Shown here piece after piece: positions 40,228-50,096 of a DNA stretch of 64,000 nucleotides. The notes under the pieces are model-generated. The model did not search any database and had not been told where the DNA came from. It was given only the letters and a program-made list of their open reading frames with translations. The position numbers were made by a program, and so were the translations under genes. Every line of letters begins with the position of its first letter. The stretch's first letter is position 1. Source of the DNA: Candidatus Latescibacterota bacterium (lineage in GTDB: Bacteria > Latescibacterota > UBA2968); assembly GCA_965222605.1 (NCBI GenBank), contig OZ244960.1, positions 5,504,001 to 5,568,000 of the forward strand. Direction: 5' to 3'.

Positions 40228-42462
40228 TCACGCTGAGCAGTCCCCGGCGTCTGTTGTACCGGTATCAAATGCCCATCCGTCCCACATGTTGTCAACGGTC
40301 GCTGGCACATCCTCTCGAAAGTTTCGGGTATCGACCCACCACTGACGGTTTGGTGCTGGTCCATGCGACAGGTTAAAAAATGGCGTCAAACCATCTCGTT
40401 GATACTCACAAGGAACGACGAGACGCACGACAGGTCGATCGCGCTCAGCAGAGCGATTGACACCTCCCCCGTGAATAAGGCGAGGATGCCAGAAAACAAC
40501 GTCCCCTGCTTTGCCGGAAAACTCCACTGGCGTGATCTCTCTCAGCACATTGTCACGGGCTTTGCTATATGGCTCTGCGAGGTCGGGGTCAAGGGGACCG
40601 TAAACAGTACTGTGATACAAGTGACTCATGCAATGTGACCCCGGCCAGATTGTAAAGCCACCACAGTGCGGAGGCACCGGGTCCACAAAAACCATTGCAG
40701 ACAATTGAGCCGCTGTATGGTCTCCATGGGGGCCCAAACGACTTTCTGAATTTGGTGGTTTTGGAAATATACAATAGACCCCGCGCACCCGTTTTGAACG
40801 CTTAACCGGCTCGCCGATAAACAACGAAACCAACTGCCGCATACGTGGGTGGTTGGCGATCTTGTCGACAAAAAAAGGCTCTGTACCAATTTTACGCGAG
40901 CGCATCTTCCATGTGCCGCGCGCAAAGTGCCCTGCCTTTTCGGCATCCGCCTCTGTCCACTGCCCGTGTGGCGCATCGAACCACGTTTGCACATCGTCGC
41001 GTTTGACAATCTCACGCGGCACATTTTCCCACACATAATCCACGATCCGGTCAAACGTCTCCTTCTCTTGCAGAAACCCACGTTTCACAACAAAACCATT
41101 CTCTTTGAAAAACGCGACTTCGGCTTCACTGAGGGTTGGATCTCCGTTCGCAAATTCTGGATCGGGCAAGAGGGTTGGGTCTCCGTTCGCAAATTCTGGA
41201 TCGACCAATACATGGGGATCACGGATGACGACGTCTTCGGAAATTCTGAGCGCGTGTAAACCGCTTCCTTCAAATGGCGGCACCGAAAGATTGTAGATTT
41301 GTTGCGCTTTCTCCTTCTGATTCATGCCTGCCAATTCGGCTTTCACAGGCTCAATATCCATATTTAAATAAAGGTAAGCGGCGAGCCTCATACATCCAAA
41401 TGCGCGCTCCCAAGAAAAGGGTTGAATCTGTGGAAGCGTCCACTCAAGGTCGCCCGTCCAGTAGGGATAAAGCCAATCAAAGGCGCGTCGCATGGATCGC
41501 CCATCGGTAGATTCAAAATTGGCGAGATCAATACCCCACTGTCGGCCAATTTCAGCGAGTTCTAAAAGAAGCTCCAAATTCATACTCGCGTATCCAAGTC
41601 CCTTTGTGCGTGCGAGTTCCAGAGGCTGTTGACCATCTGGCTCAATCTGATCAGCAATCCTTCTTTCTCCCACCCCTTTTAATATCATTCGCGCAAGATC
41701 TGATTGCCCTACAAAAAGCGCGAATGTCACAACCTGAACATCATAAGCACTCGAATGGTTATTGCCATGACGCGCTTCGTCAACCCCATAAGGATGCTTC
41801 AACATCCATTCGAGAAACGCATGAAACCAGGCCTGCAAATCTTCCATATCTTTTTTTGACCAGTTCCTGGAATCGCGCAAAAAACTGACCGCAGGGAGCA
41901 TCTCGCGTGCAAATGCAGCCGTCTCAATAAGCCCGATACCTCGCCCTTCGCATATCCCGGGTATGGCCTGCCCAAACAAAAGGTTTGGGTTCATCCTGGT
42001 TTCAGGATTCATAAACCATGTTCGCAACAACAATGCAGCATGAGCCGCGTAGTCTTCTCGATGTGTAAAACCATACGCAAACCCCAGCGTTTTCACCGTT
42101 GAAATGAATTTTGCCAACAAAGGGCGGTCCGTTTTCTCGACCTCGGGATTGACCTCGCCATCTCGTCGGATATAAGGCAAACCGTCAGGCTTATCGGGGT
42201 CTGGCCACCAGTAAGGCCCAACACTCATGTAATCGTGTTTGTCACCACTGGAAGGCAAGATCGGTTTGTTCACAATGGTCAGCGGTTCCTGCTTCAAAGC
42301 GGCATCCGCTTTCACAAGCAAGGCTTTAAGGGCTTGCCCACACGGGTTATCTTCCTGTTTGCCCAACGAGCGCGCCCGCTTGATGTAATCGGGATCTACT
42401 GTAAATATGGGTTCAGCAGGTGAAAACGCCTTGAGCAGATCAGCTTCTTTGTCTGGATACAT
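40228..42462 (-). CDS. fusion of an alginate-lyase-type (alpha/alpha) domain and a PhyH dioxygenase domain
   Basis: DKHDYMSVGPYWWP, MNPNL, NNH, QPLELART in the N-half; FFKENGFVV, PHGD, WPGSH, GDVVFWH in the C-half. Confidence 0.85.
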   Translation of the reverse strand: MYPDKEADLLKAFSPAEPIFTVDPDYIKRARSLGKQEDNPCGQALKALLVKADAALKQEPLTIVNKPILPSSGDKHDYMSVGPYWWPDPDKPDGLPYIRRDGEVNPEVEKTDRPLLAKFISTVKTLGFAYGFTHREDYAAHAALLLRTWFMNPETRMNPNLLFGQAIPGICEGRGIGLIETAAFAREMLPAVSFLRDSRNWSKKDMEDLQAWFHAFLEWMLKHPYGVDEARHGNNHSSAYDVQVVTFALFVGQSDLARMILKGVGERRIADQIEPDGQQPLELARTKGLGYASMNLELLLELAEIGRQWGIDLANFESTDGRSMRRAFDWLYPYWTGDLEWTLPQIQPFSWERAFGCMRLAAYLYLNMDIEPVKAELAGMNQKEKAQQIYNLSVPPFEGSGLHALRISEDVVIRDPHVLVDPEFANGDPTLLPDPEFANGDPTLSEAEVAFFKENGFVVKRGFLQEKETFDRIVDYVWENVPREIVKRDDVQTWFDAPHGQWTEADAEKAGHFARGTWKMRSRKIGTEPFFVDKIANHPRMRQLVSLFIGEPVKRSKRVRGVYCIFPKPPNSESRLGPHGDHTAAQLSAMVFVDPVPPHCGGFTIWPGSHCMSHLYHSTVYGPLDPDLAEPYSKARDNVLREITPVEFSGKAGDVVFWHPRLIHGGGVNRSAERDRPVVRLVVPCEYQRDGLTPFFNLSHGPAPNRQWWVDTRNFREDVPATVDNMWDGWAFDTGTTDAGDCSA
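41131..41203. repeat. in-frame tandem duplication (period 39 bp, DPEFANGDPTL x2)
   Basis: 41131-41164 vs 41170-41203, 1 mismatch in 34 bp. Confidence 0.9.
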
Positions 42463-42486
42463 GTGAATGCTCCTGTTTTAAGTTGG

Positions 42487-43848
42487 TCATTGTAAATTGC
42501 AGATGCTTCTTCTGCGAAATGCGTGGGGATTTACCATTTCATATCCCCATCGATCCAACAATTCACGCCCAGTCGCAAACTTGTCGTTCTGTTCCTCCAA
42601 AAGATCTGAAAGCACCCCTTCCAGATGCGTTTGAACGGCACGCATTTCTGATCGGTTGCACAGATTTTCCAACTGATAGGGATCTTCCTCATTGTCATAC
42701 AGCAACCAGGGCCCCTCCAGGTCACGTACATAAGTATAACGACTGGTTCGAATGCCCCGATATTCCCTGCCGCCATTGTTATAAGCGTAATTGGCAAACG
42801 GAACGTAGCACCCAAAGAGTGAAGCCTCAGAAGGCGCTTCGGCTTTGCCGAGAATGTGTTTGGCAAAACTCATCCCTTCGACCCCATCGGGTACAGGCGC
42901 GCCGACCAGGTCCAGCAATGTAGGCATGATATCCGGTATGCCAAAAGGCACTTCGATTTGGCGACCGATGCCATCTGGTAAATGCAGGAGAAATGGTACA
43001 AGGATAGATTCATCCCAGGGCCGTATTTTCCGATCATGACCTTGCGACCCATTCATTTCACCATGATCAGAAGTAAACACCAGGATCGTATCGTCGGCCA
43101 TTCTTAGTCTATCAATTGCCTCTTCGATCTGTCCAACGCAGTCATCAAGTGCCGTAATATGCGCATAATAACCCGACATATCCCGCCGAGCAGTAGCCTC
43201 ACAGTCAGCAGGCACATTTTCTCTCAATACGATACTGTCCTCCTCGTAAAGTGCTTTGTATTCTTCCGGCACCATGTGAAAAGGTGTATGAGGCGGGCCA
43301 TAGGAAACAAAAAGGAAAAATGGATCGTCTTCATTCTGTCTGCTTTCCAGATACGCAATGGCACAATCAGTCTGTGCAAACGCGTCGTATCCCTCCCACT
43401 TTTTCATTTCGCCAGAATCGTCATAATAGGGCGAATCGTAGTAATTGTGGGAACATTCGTGCGCTCTCCAGAAATCAAACCCCAACCGTCGTTCAGGTGG
43501 GATGTAATTGTGCTCGTGGCTATCCCCGTCCAAATGCCACTTGCCAATGTACGCCGTATCATAACCATGTGAAGTTAGAGCCTCAGCCAATGTGGTCGCA
43601 TTGGGCTCAAGCCAAATCTGGTTTATAAAAATCCCATGCGTCAAAGGATATTGCCCGGTCAAAAGACAGGCGCGAGCAGGACAGCAAACCGGGCAAGTTG
43701 ACACAGCCGTATCAAATCGGATACTCTTTTCAGCCAATGAATCGAGGTGTGGCGTTTGCACATTGGGGTCACCGGCATACCCGGTCGCCTGTGCTCGCCA
43801 CTGATCGGTCAATATGAATACAATATTGGGCTGCTTTGTACTGGCCAC
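42487..43848 (-). CDS. Cys-type sulfatase
   Basis: GTG start after AAGGAGG; PNIVFILTDQWR, CCPAR, GKWHL, SDHG. Confidence 0.92.
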   Translation of the reverse strand: MASTKQPNIVFILTDQWRAQATGYAGDPNVQTPHLDSLAEKSIRFDTAVSTCPVCCPARACLLTGQYPLTHGIFINQIWLEPNATTLAEALTSHGYDTAYIGKWHLDGDSHEHNYIPPERRLGFDFWRAHECSHNYYDSPYYDDSGEMKKWEGYDAFAQTDCAIAYLESRQNEDDPFFLFVSYGPPHTPFHMVPEEYKALYEEDSIVLRENVPADCEATARRDMSGYYAHITALDDCVGQIEEAIDRLRMADDTILVFTSDHGEMNGSQGHDRKIRPWDESILVPFLLHLPDGIGRQIEVPFGIPDIMPTLLDLVGAPVPDGVEGMSFAKHILGKAEAPSEASLFGCYVPFANYAYNNGGREYRGIRTSRYTYVRDLEGPWLLYDNEEDPYQLENLCNRSEMRAVQTHLEGVLSDLLEEQNDKFATGRELLDRWGYEMVNPHAFRRRSICNLQ

Positions 43849-43858
43849 AAAGACCTCC

Positions 43859-44008
43859 TTAATGCGGCGGCAGGTGGTCTTCCGGTGCGCTGTCGATGTA
43901 GCGCCTGGCGGCCTCCGAAGCCGCATCCAGTTCCTCCGGAGTCAGGACGTTCTTCAGGTGCAGGAAACCGCATAGATCAAAAAGATAGCGTTGTTCTTCG
44001 GTCATCAT
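43859..44008 (-). pseudogene. PhyH-family 5' stub
   Basis: Manual translation MMTEEQRYLFDLCGFLHLKNVLTPEEL..., similar to MTEEHKYLFDMKGW of 37170-38096. Confidence 0.8.
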
Positions 44009-44010
44009 CG

Positions 44011-44085
44011 TCAGCCTTGCCTTTCGTCAGAACAGTGAATTTGGACACCCTTAGAATCAAAGAAGCTGTTTTCCGTTGTTGTCAT
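44011..44085 (-). pseudogene. alpha/beta hydrolase 5' stub
   Basis: MTTTENSFFDSKGVQIHCSDERQG resembles the FFDSxGVxIHYxDxGxG N-terminus. Confidence 0.6.
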
Positions 44086-44286
44086 AGTCCCACCGCGAAC
44101 ACTCACGCACCATCGGCAGTGGGCGAGATGTAAAATCATCTTTGAACAGTTTCTAAACTTTGTTAAGTTTTTGTTATGATCTTGCCCAGTTCCCAACCTT
44201 ATTGAGGCTTAAGTCTATGAAACCCGTGGCGCGTTTGTCGTTTTGCATACCTGCAGATCAGCGAGTAGATTTCCAGGATGCCTTCC

Positions 44287-45333
44287 ATGGCTGATCCCGA
44301 AATCCTGATGCTGGGCGGTCCCGAGCGCGATCTCTATCTGGCCCCGGCCGATCTGGAGCGCCTGGATAGCTTTGCGAATTGGACGTGGCTCCCCTGTGAA
44401 GCGGGCCAGGTCCAGCCCGGTCACCAGGCCGAATTGTCGCGACGGCTGGCGTCTGTCCAGGCCCTGGTCGTCTATTCGGGGGCGCCCCACATCGGCCCCG
44501 AACTCATGGAACAGGCCCCCGAGCTACGCCTCATCGGCGAATTGAACGGCGATCGTTTCGCCGAGCGCATCGACGTGGAGGCGGCCTGGCAACGGGATAT
44601 CCGCGTTGTCGACACCACCAATGGCTCGTCCTACCCTGTCTCTGAGTGGGCCCTGGGCCTTATTCTCGTATCGTTGCGCAACGCCGGTTATTATCTGCGC
44701 CGCTACATGGAGGGAAATTGCCGCAAAACCCGCGACAACCCCAGCTTCCTGCGCGGCGAACTCACCGGCAAGACCGTGGGACTGATCGGCTGCGGCCATG
44801 CCGGCCGGCGCCTAATAGAATTGCTGCGCCCTTTCCGGGTCGATATCCAGGTTTACGACCCCTACTTGCCTGGAACCATGGCCGAAGCTCTGGGCTTTCT
44901 CCTGACCTCACTCGAACAGGTCCTGTCGAGCTCCGATGCGATTGTCTGTCTGGCCCCGCAGACCCCCGGGACCCAGGGCATGATCGGTCGGGCCGAACTG
45001 GATCTGATCCCCTCGGGGACTGTACTGGTCAACGTCTCCCGCGGTCCCATCATCGATTCGGTCGCCCTGGTCGAACGCCTCAAGCGCGGCGATATTATCG
45101 CCGGCCTCGATGTTTTCGATCCCGACCCTATCCCCGACGGCCACGAAATAACCGGGCTGGACAATGTATTTCTTACGCCCCATATCGCCGGCGTCACCCG
45201 GGCCGCCTACTGGCGCTTTTTCGAGCTGATGGTGGACGAGCTGGACCGCTTTTTCCACGGCTTTGAGCCCTATTTCGAATTGACCCAGCGCACCCTGGAC
45301 GACCGCAGCGGCCGTCGCCCCGCCACTCATTAG
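44287..45333 (+). CDS. D-isomer-specific 2-hydroxyacid dehydrogenase
   Basis: VGLIGCGHAG, VNVSRG, AGLDVF, LTPHIAG. Confidence 0.9.
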   Translation: MADPEILMLGGPERDLYLAPADLERLDSFANWTWLPCEAGQVQPGHQAELSRRLASVQALVVYSGAPHIGPELMEQAPELRLIGELNGDRFAERIDVEAAWQRDIRVVDTTNGSSYPVSEWALGLILVSLRNAGYYLRRYMEGNCRKTRDNPSFLRGELTGKTVGLIGCGHAGRRLIELLRPFRVDIQVYDPYLPGTMAEALGFLLTSLEQVLSSSDAIVCLAPQTPGTQGMIGRAELDLIPSGTVLVNVSRGPIIDSVALVERLKRGDIIAGLDVFDPDPIPDGHEITGLDNVFLTPHIAGVTRAAYWRFFELMVDELDRFFHGFEPYFELTQRTLDDRSGRRPATH

Positions 45334-45454
45334 CTGGAAAAACGATGTGGTCGAGAAGGACAAATATTTCAAGATACCAAAACCGGATCAGTATGCACGG
45401 AACGTTGCCCAAAATACCATGGGTCAATCATAGAATCGGACCCTTTAAAACATT

Positions 45455-46951
45455 TCACTTCGTATCATTCGTTGACAACGAAACCATCTGCATTGCATAC
45501 AATCCCACGTTGCGCAGGTAAAAGCGGATCTGCACGGACGTGCCTCGCAGCGGGGCCAGGTTCTTCCCCTGCCACGTCAGGTTGTAATCCAGTAGATCGT
45601 GAGGCTCGGCATCACAATCGGCGAACGAATACCCTTCCACGACCTCCGGCGGCCCCCACCTACGCTCCGGCACACGAATCACCTCAGCGGCAAACCGGGC
45701 GAAGTGGGTATGGTGTATCATTGGCGCCACGTTCACTTGCAAATCGTCTCCTTCCACCAGGAACTCCCGGGTTAGCAGATACCCGCCTTCCTCCCCACCA
45801 ACCTGGGCCACAAACCGATCACGGTGCACCATGGCCAGGCCAATGCTCGACAGCGTCTCCTGGTCGTGCTGCGAGCTCTGACTACCCGAGTAATACAGAT
45901 AATACCAGTCATCTACTGGCACAATATTCTTGGGTGCCAGGGCCTCTCCAAAGTCGAAATCTCCTTCCCGCCCCCGGGCCAGATAGGGTTCAGCCCCGGG
46001 CAGACGCTGCCAGTACAAACCATCCCGACTGAAGCCCAGATGTGTATCGGTCCGGCCTTCCCCATCCATCATCACCTTGAATCCGATAAAATGCGCCCCG
46101 ACCTTGTTCACCAGGTTCTGGTCAATCTTCTCGTTTTCATCCTCTTCCGTCCAGATTACGTTGCGCGGATACCCGAAACTGTGTGGTGTCTCCCCGATCG
46201 ATACCGCTGTCCGGCTTTTCATTCCGTAGGCTTCATCTGCCTCGGTCATCTTGTGCTGTCCGGCATAACTCATTGGCCGCGTGAACAACAGCCAGCGTTC
46301 TCGTTCATCGTCGTAAACCAGATTGTGGTTTGTATCTCGCAGTCCCATCATCACCGGGTTGGCCGGATCGGGACGCCAATGGATGCCATCGTCAGAATAC
46401 GCCAGACAAAGCGCACCGGGTGCGCCGGGTAAATTATCTTTATAATTTAACAGGAAACGCCCCGGCTGGCCTGTCGAGGGTGGGTTCGGAATCACTCGAA
46501 AAGCCTGGCACTTCTGCCTCCCGACCATGCCCACGTTTGTTTGCTTCCAGCCGCGGTAATCGATCAGTCCCAGCTCTGGTTTTTTCCAGTTGATGCCATC
46601 GGGGCTCTCGGCATAGCACATAAAGTAGGGATAGCCGTGATCGGGCGTCCAGTCCTTCTTGCGAAACTGGCGTACAAATGCAAACCAGTCGAAAACCGCA
46701 TACCACATCCGAAAGATCCCGGCCTCGGCGTCGAACAACACGCTGGGCAGAAACGGTCTGCTGTCCCAGGGTTTATCCCCTACCACCAGTGGATTGGCTG
46801 GATGCTTCACTGGCCTGTTCATAACCCGTCGAATATTCCACCTGTCCTCCACCATGAAATCATCGATTAACAACACCCGTCGCGTGTCGATACGCAGCGG
46901 CTCGCCCCCTACATAGCGGTCTCGTTCCCCGGGAAGTACACTGTGTGTCAT
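45455..46951 (-). CDS. beta-propeller glycoside-hydrolase-like protein
   Basis: KHPANP, FRMWY, AESPDGINW, SDDGIHW, SRDGLYW. Confidence 0.65.
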   Translation of the reverse strand: MTHSVLPGERDRYVGGEPLRIDTRRVLLIDDFMVEDRWNIRRVMNRPVKHPANPLVVGDKPWDSRPFLPSVLFDAEAGIFRMWYAVFDWFAFVRQFRKKDWTPDHGYPYFMCYAESPDGINWKKPELGLIDYRGWKQTNVGMVGRQKCQAFRVIPNPPSTGQPGRFLLNYKDNLPGAPGALCLAYSDDGIHWRPDPANPVMMGLRDTNHNLVYDDERERWLLFTRPMSYAGQHKMTEADEAYGMKSRTAVSIGETPHSFGYPRNVIWTEEDENEKIDQNLVNKVGAHFIGFKVMMDGEGRTDTHLGFSRDGLYWQRLPGAEPYLARGREGDFDFGEALAPKNIVPVDDWYYLYYSGSQSSQHDQETLSSIGLAMVHRDRFVAQVGGEEGGYLLTREFLVEGDDLQVNVAPMIHHTHFARFAAEVIRVPERRWGPPEVVEGYSFADCDAEPHDLLDYNLTWQGKNLAPLRGTSVQIRFYLRNVGLYAMQMVSLSTNDTK

Positions 46952-47000
46952 ACGCTCCCTCCAGAATAACATAAGGTCTTCATTAGGCGATTTTTATGTC

Positions 47001-48008
47001 TTAAGTCTCTTTGGGTGAAAGCAGAAAATGGTCAAACCATGCGACCATCTGCTCGAAGTACTCAACGAGAAAGCGATGATTGCCGTCGGGTTGATAGACT
47101 TTGAAACGATCATCGTGCCCTGTTGATGCATAGGCTTTTTGTACAACGGGTATAAGGGCATCGACAGCTTGACGCGGCATGTCTTCGTCTCGAGTGGGCG
47201 AGATCATCATAAAAGGTCGCGGGGGCATGCAGGTGGCTACGACGCGCGGATGATCAAAATGACACAGGAAGTTAGGGATGTAGTAATAAGCACTGTGTCG
47301 TTCGTTGTCGCCATGGTGAATGACGCTGGCCAGACTGCCAAGGCCACCACAGACAGTTACGCCTGCCGCGATCCAGGGTGCACACGCCATTGAATACCAG
47401 GTTGCGTTGCCGCCAAGCGACATGCCTGTCAGGCCAATGCGGCTTTTGTCAACGCCATTTATCGCGCAAAGAATTCGAGCGGCTCTGAGTGTTTCTTCGA
47501 CAAGAATGCCCATCTGGCTTCGTCCATACGGAGCCAGGAGCTTGCACTCGGTTGCCCATTCTTCAACGCTGCGGCGCCGTCCTTCTGTGCCTTTGATCGA
47601 GATGGCCAGTGTCGTGAACCCTCTTCGCGCAAGTTCACGTCCCCAGCCAATCAATGGACCATCGGGAGATTGATGGAATTGTGGATGAGCGACCCGTTCT
47701 GCAGAACCGGACGTGCCAGAAATGCATACGATTCCCGGTCGTAATTTTCCAGTATGTCTAAGCGGTTCCATGAGGATGGCAGGAACGGTTTCGTGCAGTG
47801 AGTTCTGGTAGCTCAGATGGGTGACACGAACGTCTTCGGTTTCGTGCGTTTCTGAGGTTGTGAAATCTACGTTGTCTGGGACTGTAGCCAGCCCCAGAAG
47901 ATCTATGAGCTTTGCACGGATATCTGAGTCGGCAAGGTCAGATGCGAATGCTGGCTGGATGTCAGGTGGTATGATAGGTGACATATCAAGAAACCTTCTC
48001 TCGGCCAT
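47001..48008 (-). CDS. alpha/beta hydrolase (dienelactone hydrolase/acetyl esterase-like)
   Basis: IGLTGMSLGG nucleophile elbow; C-terminal GNH. Confidence 0.82.
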   Translation of the reverse strand: MAERRFLDMSPIIPPDIQPAFASDLADSDIRAKLIDLLGLATVPDNVDFTTSETHETEDVRVTHLSYQNSLHETVPAILMEPLRHTGKLRPGIVCISGTSGSAERVAHPQFHQSPDGPLIGWGRELARRGFTTLAISIKGTEGRRRSVEEWATECKLLAPYGRSQMGILVEETLRAARILCAINGVDKSRIGLTGMSLGGNATWYSMACAPWIAAGVTVCGGLGSLASVIHHGDNERHSAYYYIPNFLCHFDHPRVVATCMPPRPFMMISPTRDEDMPRQAVDALIPVVQKAYASTGHDDRFKVYQPDGNHRFLVEYFEQMVAWFDHFLLSPKET

Positions 48009-48176
48009 CTACCGGTCAATACTTTCGGCAACGACACAGGAGATCGTAACTGTTTTGTACCCGCGGCTGATATTCGTATGACCGATCGCGATTGCATCAA
48101 TCTGCGATATTTCGAACAACCATTCCCGCACACTCCGCGAAACCTTTGGTTCATTGGTGCCCGGTACATTTGCGGG

Positions 48177-49211
48177 CTACTCAAACCAATGAGGGGGTTG
48201 AGGGCGCTTCGTGCGAATCGAATCCAATGCTGCCTCACAGATAGAAACAATGCGTGCACCCCATCGAGCCGGGATCGGATTACTGATTTTGCCGTCAAGC
48301 AGATTCAGATAATCGACCACAGAGCGTCCCCAGCCGTGTCCTCCAATCACTTCATGAGCAGATGATTCTTCAATTGGAACTGGCTCATGGCCGCGGCGGA
48401 AGAGTTGACCTTTCCACAACGTACCCTCGGTGCCATATACGGCCAAAAAACCACCGCCCATTCCCTCGCCCATGCCATGTCCGGAGCAGCCGCTTGACAC
48501 AAAGACTTTGCCTGTGACGCCATTTTCAAATTGAAGGATCACAATGTAACAGTCATCATCTGGAAACACCGGGATGCTGAGCTTATTGCTATAGGCATAG
48601 ACCTCCGTAACCGGGGATTCAACCGTCCACAAAATCAGATCAAGAGGGTGGCAACCGCCGCCCAACAGAATATTCTGGGGATTTTGCCGATCAATGCGCC
48701 AGGGCGTGTGGTTTTTACCCTCGGGTGAATAATGACTCCACATGTCATGGATGTAATCGCCTTGGAGAAAGAAAACATCGCCAATCTCGCCGGATTGGGC
48801 CATCAGTGCCATTTCGTGCCAGGGATGCAGGTAGCGCATGGTTTGGTCGGTCATGACGTGCCGGCCATTCTCTGCCTCCGCGTCGAGGATGCGTTGGGCA
48901 TCTGCCACTGTGGTAGCAAGCGGTTTTTCCACCAGGACGTGGCAGCCCTGCTCCAATGCCATGACAGTCTGGTCGGCGTGCAAGTGATCCGGTCCTGCCA
49001 CGACTACAACATCGGGCTGCGTTTCTCGCAAGAGTCGAGCGTACTCGTGGCTAGTCGAGGCTTCCGGATATTGCTCTCGCATAATGTCCAACTGTGCCTG
49101 CTGTGGATCGACAATCCCCACAATTTCTCCACGTCCATCGGCGGCGGCTACCTGGGCCACGTTACGGCCAGCGCTTCCACAGCCGCTAATCAAGAATTTG
49201 TAACGCTTCAT
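48177..49211 (-). CDS. Gfo/Idh/MocA family oxidoreductase
   Basis: ISGCGSAG, HVLVEKP, GGGCHPLD. Confidence 0.9.
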   Translation of the reverse strand: MKRYKFLISGCGSAGRNVAQVAAADGRGEIVGIVDPQQAQLDIMREQYPEASTSHEYARLLRETQPDVVVVAGPDHLHADQTVMALEQGCHVLVEKPLATTVADAQRILDAEAENGRHVMTDQTMRYLHPWHEMALMAQSGEIGDVFFLQGDYIHDMWSHYSPEGKNHTPWRIDRQNPQNILLGGGCHPLDLILWTVESPVTEVYAYSNKLSIPVFPDDDCYIVILQFENGVTGKVFVSSGCSGHGMGEGMGGGFLAVYGTEGTLWKGQLFRRGHEPVPIEESSAHEVIGGHGWGRSVVDYLNLLDGKISNPIPARWGARIVSICEAALDSIRTKRPQPPHWFE

Positions 49212-49249
49212 GGCAAATACCTCAAATTTTTCTGAAACCCGAACGTTCA

Positions 49250-50035
49250 CTACCTTCTTTTTTTACTAATTTCAGCGATGGTGTCGCCGGTTATTTTGAC
49301 GGTGTGGGTATCTACTCGCTCAACGTCCTCACGGGCAGCTCTGGCCTCGGCACTATCAGCGGACTGATATTCGGTCGCAAAAATATACGGGGATGGGATT
49401 GTATAAGGTGCGATTTCCCTGATCCGCCCCATGGCCTTGCGAGCGCCTTCTCGAATCAGATCCCGAGCTTTAGTGGGGGAGTAAGTAAGAGCAGCCGTGC
49501 GGCTGAGCCCCTCTTTCACGACAACGCCTTCGATGTCGGGAACATAACGTCGGGCCTCATCTACAGCAGCCCGATCCCCGCTGACGAAAACCGTGGGCAC
49601 GCCAATCTCACCGGCATGAGCTATGTTGAAACCAATTTCGCCGATCAGTTCATCGTTCAACCAGCAGTTGGCAATGCTTCGGGAACTCCAGCTATGACAC
49701 AGCACACCCTCAGGTGTGTTTTCCATCGCGTGATGACCATACAAAAACTGCGCCTCAAATGTCAATCCCATCTCCCATGCAGAGCCCCTGGGGCGGCCGA
49801 ATATCACCCGGGCTTCACGGTGGATGTGTTCGATATTGATTCCACCACTGCCGTGTCCGTCCAGCACGATAGGATCTGTGGCGCCTCCTTCTATAGCACC
49901 GTCTATAAGAGCGTTGATCTCCAGAGTGGCCAGATATTTGGCCTGTTCGTTGTCGCGACCCCCGTCGTAAGTCTGAGTTTTGAAATCTACGACGCCAGCA
50001 GTGCCTTCCAAATCGCACAAGATAAGAATTCTCAT
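49250..50035 (-). CDS. peptidase M55 (DppA-like D-aminopeptidase)
   Basis: DLEG, DGHG, GHHA, LCHS, GEIG, VSGD. Confidence 0.9.
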   Translation of the reverse strand: MRILILCDLEGTAGVVDFKTQTYDGGRDNEQAKYLATLEINALIDGAIEGGATDPIVLDGHGSGGINIEHIHREARVIFGRPRGSAWEMGLTFEAQFLYGHHAMENTPEGVLCHSWSSRSIANCWLNDELIGEIGFNIAHAGEIGVPTVFVSGDRAAVDEARRYVPDIEGVVVKEGLSRTAALTYSPTKARDLIREGARKAMGRIREIAPYTIPSPYIFATEYQSADSAEARAAREDVERVDTHTVKITGDTIAEISKKRR

Positions 50036-50096
50036 GGAAACTCTCCTGATGAAATTGATGGGAGATGTTTCACGTTAAGGGGTACAATGGCGGTGT

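Noticed and set aside
48009-48176. Possible further 3' stubs here and at 3620-3720, 18180-18310 and 93-150
   Set aside because: Open frames ending before the next gene exist, but I cannot assign them to any family, so they are not counted.
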